Shown here: positions 16,438 through 20,000 of the stretch, piece by piece
How the letters are laid out: each line of letters begins with the position of its first letter
Position numbering within the stretch: the stretch's first letter is position 1
IMG/VR virus record: IMGVR_UViG_3300020042_010191
Direction: 5' to 3' (one strand)
Source: an uncultured virus (IMG/VR IMGVR_UViG_3300020042_010191)
Taxonomy: Duplodnaviria > Heunggongvirae > Uroviricota > Caudoviricetes
Length of the DNA: 20,000 nucleotides
Program-made: the position numbers and the translations under genes
Notes under the pieces: generated by a model
Databases searched by the model: none
The model's input: only the letters and a program-made list of their open reading frames with translations
What the model was told of the DNA's origin: nothing

Positions 16438-17663
16438 TGCCTAACATTAATAGAAAAAATATTGATCGTAAAACAAATAAACCAAACCCCGAGCGCACCG
16501 GTGGAATGCGTCCTGATATCATTTTAAATCGTGCCGAACAGATACGTAGAGATGATGACATTATTAGAACTGCAAAACGTACGTTGTATGATATAGATTA
16601 TGCAATTAAATCATATATTGAAAATGAAATACGTCCGCAAATTGTAGATCAACAACAAAATTTGGTAGTTCCTGTAATTTTTGCTAATGGCGAAAAATGG
16701 GATAACGTTAGAAGATTAGGATATATACGCGATGAAAAAGGAATGTTACAATCTCCTGTGATCATGTTAAAACGAAATTCAGTTACAGAACGAGATTCTG
16801 TACGAGGATTAGATGTTAATCACGTATTGTCTGAAAATGTAAGGATATACAAAACTAAATACAATGAACGAAATAGTTATCTAGATCAATTATTTCCAAT
16901 TCCGATAAATCAACCACAGCCATCAGAAAAAGTTTTTATTGCAGATATTCCAAAATATGTGAATATTGAATATGAAATGATGTTATGGTGTGATTTTACC
17001 GAACAAATGAATAATCTTGTAGATCAGATTATGCCATATAGTAGATTTGCATGGGGAAATGAAGCCAATCGTTTTTCAACATCATTAGGTCAAGTCTCAT
17101 TCGAAACAGTAAATACAATTGGCGAAGATCGATTAGTTCGAGCTACAATTCCATTAACGGTATTAGGAACATTGTTGTCTGAACAAGAAGTACGTAGATC
17201 TACATTGAGAAAAGCATATTCAGTCAAAAAAGTTACTTTCGAAAATATTATTGATATCGGTGATGATTTATTTGCATCAACTGCAGTTTCATCTAAAGTT
17301 CTTCAAGCACAAAGCATTGTTTCTAGTGGAGGCACTATAGTTGTATCATCGCCATCAGGTCAAGTAACACCAATCAATATACCAACAATGGCATATTTGA
17401 TTAATTTAACAGAACAAATTGCAACATATGTTAATGCAAATACAATAACAATAAATGCATTTGCAGCAATCAATCCAGTTAATTTCCTTGTTGCTACTAA
17501 AAATGAATTTGATGTATACATCAACGGCCAATATGCAGACAAAGTAACATATACATGGACACCGAGTGATGTTACTGCACAAACTATTACGTTTGATACC
17601 GCAGAATTAGGTTTTAGTATTCTATCAACAGATGTAATTGTAGTGAAAGGTAGGTGGGCATAA
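16437..17663 (+). CDS. gp15: tail terminator/completion protein (T4 gp15-like) with a C-terminal beta-rich extension
   Basis: VPVIFANGEKW and PKYVNIEYEMMLW...QMNNLVDQIMPY resemble gp15; consistent with the 13-14-15 synteny. Confidence 0.7.
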   Translation: MPNINRKNIDRKTNKPNPERTGGMRPDIILNRAEQIRRDDDIIRTAKRTLYDIDYAIKSYIENEIRPQIVDQQQNLVVPVIFANGEKWDNVRRLGYIRDEKGMLQSPVIMLKRNSVTERDSVRGLDVNHVLSENVRIYKTKYNERNSYLDQLFPIPINQPQPSEKVFIADIPKYVNIEYEMMLWCDFTEQMNNLVDQIMPYSRFAWGNEANRFSTSLGQVSFETVNTIGEDRLVRATIPLTVLGTLLSEQEVRRSTLRKAYSVKKVTFENIIDIGDDLFASTAVSSKVLQAQSIVSSGGTIVVSSPSGQVTPINIPTMAYLINLTEQIATYVNANTITINAFAAINPVNFLVATKNEFDVYINGQYADKVTYTWTPSDVTAQTITFDTAELGFSILSTDVIVVKGRWA

Positions 17664-17992
17664 TGAGTGGATCAAGACAGTTTAGACCTGGACAATTACG
17701 TACAGGTTCATTGTTTGATATTTCGTCAAGCTATGCTGTTACCGCATCATTTGCACTAAATGCGCAATCTCCATTTCCATTCAGTGGTAGCGCTGTTATT
17801 ACCGGTTCTTTGCAAATCCGTTCCGATCGAAATGACATTTTTATCATAAAGAATTTTGCAGAACAACCTATATTAACTGTATCGCAAAGTGGAGTAGTAA
17901 CATTAGCAACTCAAAGTGTTGAGTTAACTGGACCAGCACCAAATGGTGCAATATATTTTACATCATCATCATTGTTCATTGGATTAGATTAA
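17663..17992 (+). CDS. small Ser/Thr/Gly-rich virion (fibre-like) protein
   Basis: TAATG-coupled ATG at 17663 (MSGSRQF); contains SSSYAVTASFALN and repeated SGS/TGS. Confidence 0.7.
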   Translation: MSGSRQFRPGQLRTGSLFDISSSYAVTASFALNAQSPFPFSGSAVITGSLQIRSDRNDIFIIKNFAEQPILTVSQSGVVTLATQSVELTGPAPNGAIYFTSSSLFIGLD

Positions 17993-18006
17993 AATGAATA
18001 AACGAT

Positions 18007-18022
18007 ATATTTATATAAAAAA
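18007..18022 (+). promoter_or_regulatory. putative late promoter, ATATTTAT motif
   Basis: ATATTTATATAAAAAA lies upstream of the ATG at 18039. Confidence 0.65.
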
Positions 18023-18038
18023 GAAATAAGGGCAATCA

Positions 18039-19271
18039 ATGGCAACTTGGAAAAAGGTCGCGGTATCCGGCAGTAACGTATCACAATTTAACAATGATTC
18101 TGGTTATCTAACATCAGCAACCACACCTAAAGCATTTGCAACAGCATCTGTGGATGGAGTACATCTTTTAGCTGACACTTCAGCTGGCGCATTAATATTT
18201 GCATCATCATCGGGTCAAGGTTTAACTATATCTGGCAATGCAAGTAATGATACAATTACTTTTGGCTTAAGTGCTATTCCAAATGCCAGTTTAGCAAATT
18301 CAGCAGTAACAGTTACAGCTGGCAACGGTTTAACTGATGGCGGTTCTGTTTCGTTAGGCGGATCTACAACATTAAACATCGGCGCCGGCACTCATATTAC
18401 AGTTAATGCAAATGATGTTGCGGTTAATACAACAACATTAATACCCGCTATTTCAGGTTCAATATTTACTCATGTAAGTGGTGATATTACTATATCTACT
18501 GATGGCGTAGCTGCAATTAGCAATGGGGTTATCGTTAATGCAGATGTGAACGCAGCCGCAGCCATTGACTATACAAAATTGAATTTTGCAGGCTCTGGAT
18601 TTGTTTCTGCTTCATCTTTATCATCAGCAACACAAGGTACTGCTGTATTAACAACTAATGGCGTTGCGGGTTCAACAGTCGATTTAGGATTAGAGACAGG
18701 AGATTCACCTCAATTTGTTAATTTAACATTGACAGGAGATGCAGCAGTTAATGGTGGTGACTTAACAACCTCAGCTGCAACGTTTAATTTAGTCAACTCA
18801 AATGCAACTACAGTCAATTTTGCTGGTGCAGCAACAACATTAAACATTGGTAATGCAGCTGGTACTACAACTATTTCAGGTAATGCAATTGTTCAAGGTG
18901 ACTTTACCGTTAATGGTACAACAACATATTTTAACGTACAAGATCTTTTTGTAGAAGATAAATTTATCGTATTAGCATCTGGATCAGCAACAGCAGGCGA
19001 TGGTGGTATTATTATTGACCGCGGTTCTGATGCTGCTGGTAATATTGCATATGGATACGATTCATCAACGGATCGTTGGGGATTTCAATCAGGTGTTACA
19101 GATTTAACTAACGCATTAGATCCAACATCAGCATCTGGTGTAAGCGGCTCATTTGTACCATATTTGTTTACAGAAAATGATCATGGTGTAACAAAACCAA
19201 TTACAGGAGAGTTTGCAGTGCAAGGTGCAATGTATACATCTAATGCTGGAGATATTTGGATTTACGCATAA
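18039..19271 (+). CDS. fibre-like virion structural protein
   Basis: 410 aa, rich in G/S/T/A/N and poor in charged residues. Contains AGNGLTDGGSVSLGGSTTLNIGAG and GDFTVNGTTT...VEDKFIVL segments typical of phage fibre shafts. Confidence 0.75.
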   Translation: MATWKKVAVSGSNVSQFNNDSGYLTSATTPKAFATASVDGVHLLADTSAGALIFASSSGQGLTISGNASNDTITFGLSAIPNASLANSAVTVTAGNGLTDGGSVSLGGSTTLNIGAGTHITVNANDVAVNTTTLIPAISGSIFTHVSGDITISTDGVAAISNGVIVNADVNAAAAIDYTKLNFAGSGFVSASSLSSATQGTAVLTTNGVAGSTVDLGLETGDSPQFVNLTLTGDAAVNGGDLTTSAATFNLVNSNATTVNFAGAATTLNIGNAAGTTTISGNAIVQGDFTVNGTTTYFNVQDLFVEDKFIVLASGSATAGDGGIIIDRGSDAAGNIAYGYDSSTDRWGFQSGVTDLTNALDPTSASGVSGSFVPYLFTENDHGVTKPITGEFAVQGAMYTSNAGDIWIYA

Positions 19272-19289
19272 AATTTTATATAATAAGTT

Positions 19290-19484
19290 ATGGGCATAGT
19301 AAATAAATTAGTTCCGAATTCGAACATAAAACCGCAACCGCAAGAGTCATCACAACTAACTAGTAGTGAGTTAGAATATCTATTAAGCATTCTACGTGCA
19401 ACTACCTTAACAGGCGATCAAGTTGAAACATTTTATAACTTGGCTGTAAAATTGCAAAAACAATATTTAGAATTAAACAAATAA
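19290..19484 (+). CDS. small helical protein, paralogue of 19491..19676; possible fibre chaperone
   Basis: 64 aa; aligns without gaps to the next ORF. Confidence 0.7.
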   Translation: MGIVNKLVPNSNIKPQPQESSQLTSSELEYLLSILRATTLTGDQVETFYNLAVKLQKQYLELNK

Positions 19485-19490
19485 CAAGTT

Positions 19491-19676
19491 ATGGACTTAT
19501 TTGCAATCGACTTAACACCTCAAGAAATTAGCATATTGCGTCAAGCTCTAGACATCATTACTATTACCGGTAAAGATGCAAAAACTATTGCCGGACTTCA
19601 AATTAAATTGGAATCTGAAATTGCAGAAATTGCAAAAATAATTGATGCAAAAACTCCCGCTAAAAAGATTAGATAA
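19491..19676 (+). CDS. small helical protein, paralogue of 19290..19484; possible fibre chaperone
   Basis: 61 aa; shares the pattern LTxxExxxLxxxLxxxT(L/I)TGxxxxTxxxLxxKL. Confidence 0.7.
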   Translation: MDLFAIDLTPQEISILRQALDIITITGKDAKTIAGLQIKLESEIAEIAKIIDAKTPAKKIR

Positions 19677-19677
19677 C

Positions 19678-19692
19678 ATATTTATATTAAAA
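19678..19692 (+). promoter_or_regulatory. putative late promoter, ATATTTAT motif
   Basis: ATATTTATATTAAAA, identical to the copies at 1101 and 13074. Confidence 0.7.
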
Positions 19693-19758
19693 TCATTGTA
19701 GGCCCTTTTGGGAAGTAGGCGCTCGCACGGCATAAGTGTGTGTATCTAACCACAATGA
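19693..19758 (+). ncRNA. candidate structured cis-regulatory leader RNA (three-way junction)
   Basis: TCATTGT/ACAATGA closing helix plus two internal hairpins; a GC-rich island between the promoter motif and the SD AAGGAG (19759-19764). Confidence 0.6.
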
Positions 19759-19771
19759 AAGGAGTATATAT

Positions 19772-20000
19772 ATGCCATCATGGAAACGCGTAATCGTATC
19801 GGGCTCTGATGCCTCTCTAAATTCATTAACTACCCCTGCAGGTACAATCAATAGTATTACAGCATCTTATGCGATAACCGCATCCCATGCTTTAAACGGT
19901 GGTGTAACACAATTATTAGCAGGACCTAATATAACTCTTTCCCCAACAACAGGTAAAGGACAAGTAACTATTTCTTCTACCGGAGGTGGAGGACCCTTCT
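19772..20000 (+). CDS. fibre-like virion protein (3'-truncated; absent from the ORF track)
   Basis: ATG at 19772 follows AAGGAG and the frame is open to the window end: MPSWKRVIVSGSDASLNSLTTPAGTINSITASYAITASHALNGG... The N-terminus resembles MATWKKVAVSGS at 18039. Confidence 0.85.
   Translation, partial: MPSWKRVIVSGSDASLNSLTTPAGTINSITASYAITASHALNGGVTQLLAGPNITLSPTTGKGQVTISSTGGGGPF

Noticed and set aside
1376..17542. Minus-strand ORFs in the track (e.g. 1376-1624, 2238-2654, 8721-8987, 10312-10623, 11967-12257, 15016-15315)
   Set aside because: They lie antisense to well-supported + strand genes, have shadow-type composition (Ser/Phe-rich) and show no recognisable motifs.
19272..19289. AATTTTATATAATAA as a ninth promoter copy
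   Set aside because: It does not match the ATATTTAT core and lies very close to the ATG; it cannot be distinguished from AT-rich background.
19548..19733. Minus-strand 61-aa ORF as an explanation for the GC-rich block
   Set aside because: It is mostly antisense to 19491..19676 with an implausible Phe/Cys/Asn-rich sequence. Base-pairing explains the block better.
19755..19793. Upstream out-of-frame mini-ORF MKGVYICHHGNA starting inside P1
   Set aside because: It has no RBS and its ATG is buried in the predicted helix; no support beyond chance.
1..20000. Stop-codon reassignment, as seen in some large phages
   Set aside because: Core genes are full length in code 11, and TAA, TAG (8393) and TGA (1099, 14060, 14682) all act as stops at gene boundaries.

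Overview
This AT-rich 20 kb window is the virion-morphogenesis (late) region of a large T4-like tailed phage. It is densely coded and all credible genes are on the + strand in the standard genetic code. Gene order: 5'-truncated ligase-like nucleotidyltransferase, two unknown ORFs, two membrane proteins, large terminase, portal, two unknown head-region ORFs, prohead protease, two small ORFs, ribosomal protein bS21, acidic scaffold, major capsid protein, a small ferredoxin-fold-like ORF, PhoH, an HNH homing endonuclease, neck/tail-completion genes (gp13/14/15-like), then fibre-like proteins with two small paralogues. Several features point to a Bacteroidota host: the bS21 C-terminus, an A|Q signal peptide and clustered D-S/T-hydrophobic sequons. 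The main unexplained signals are (i) a GC-rich three-way-junction RNA that fills the 5' leader of the last fibre gene, (ii) phage bS21 together with a split between Shine-Dalgarno-led and SD-less genes, (iii) an ATATTTAT intergenic motif in 8 copies whose core is the reverse complement of the T4 late promoter, and (iv) a membrane protein pair with an AT-hook and glycosylation sequons. All protein calls come from motifs recognised by eye. No database searches or folding programs were run.
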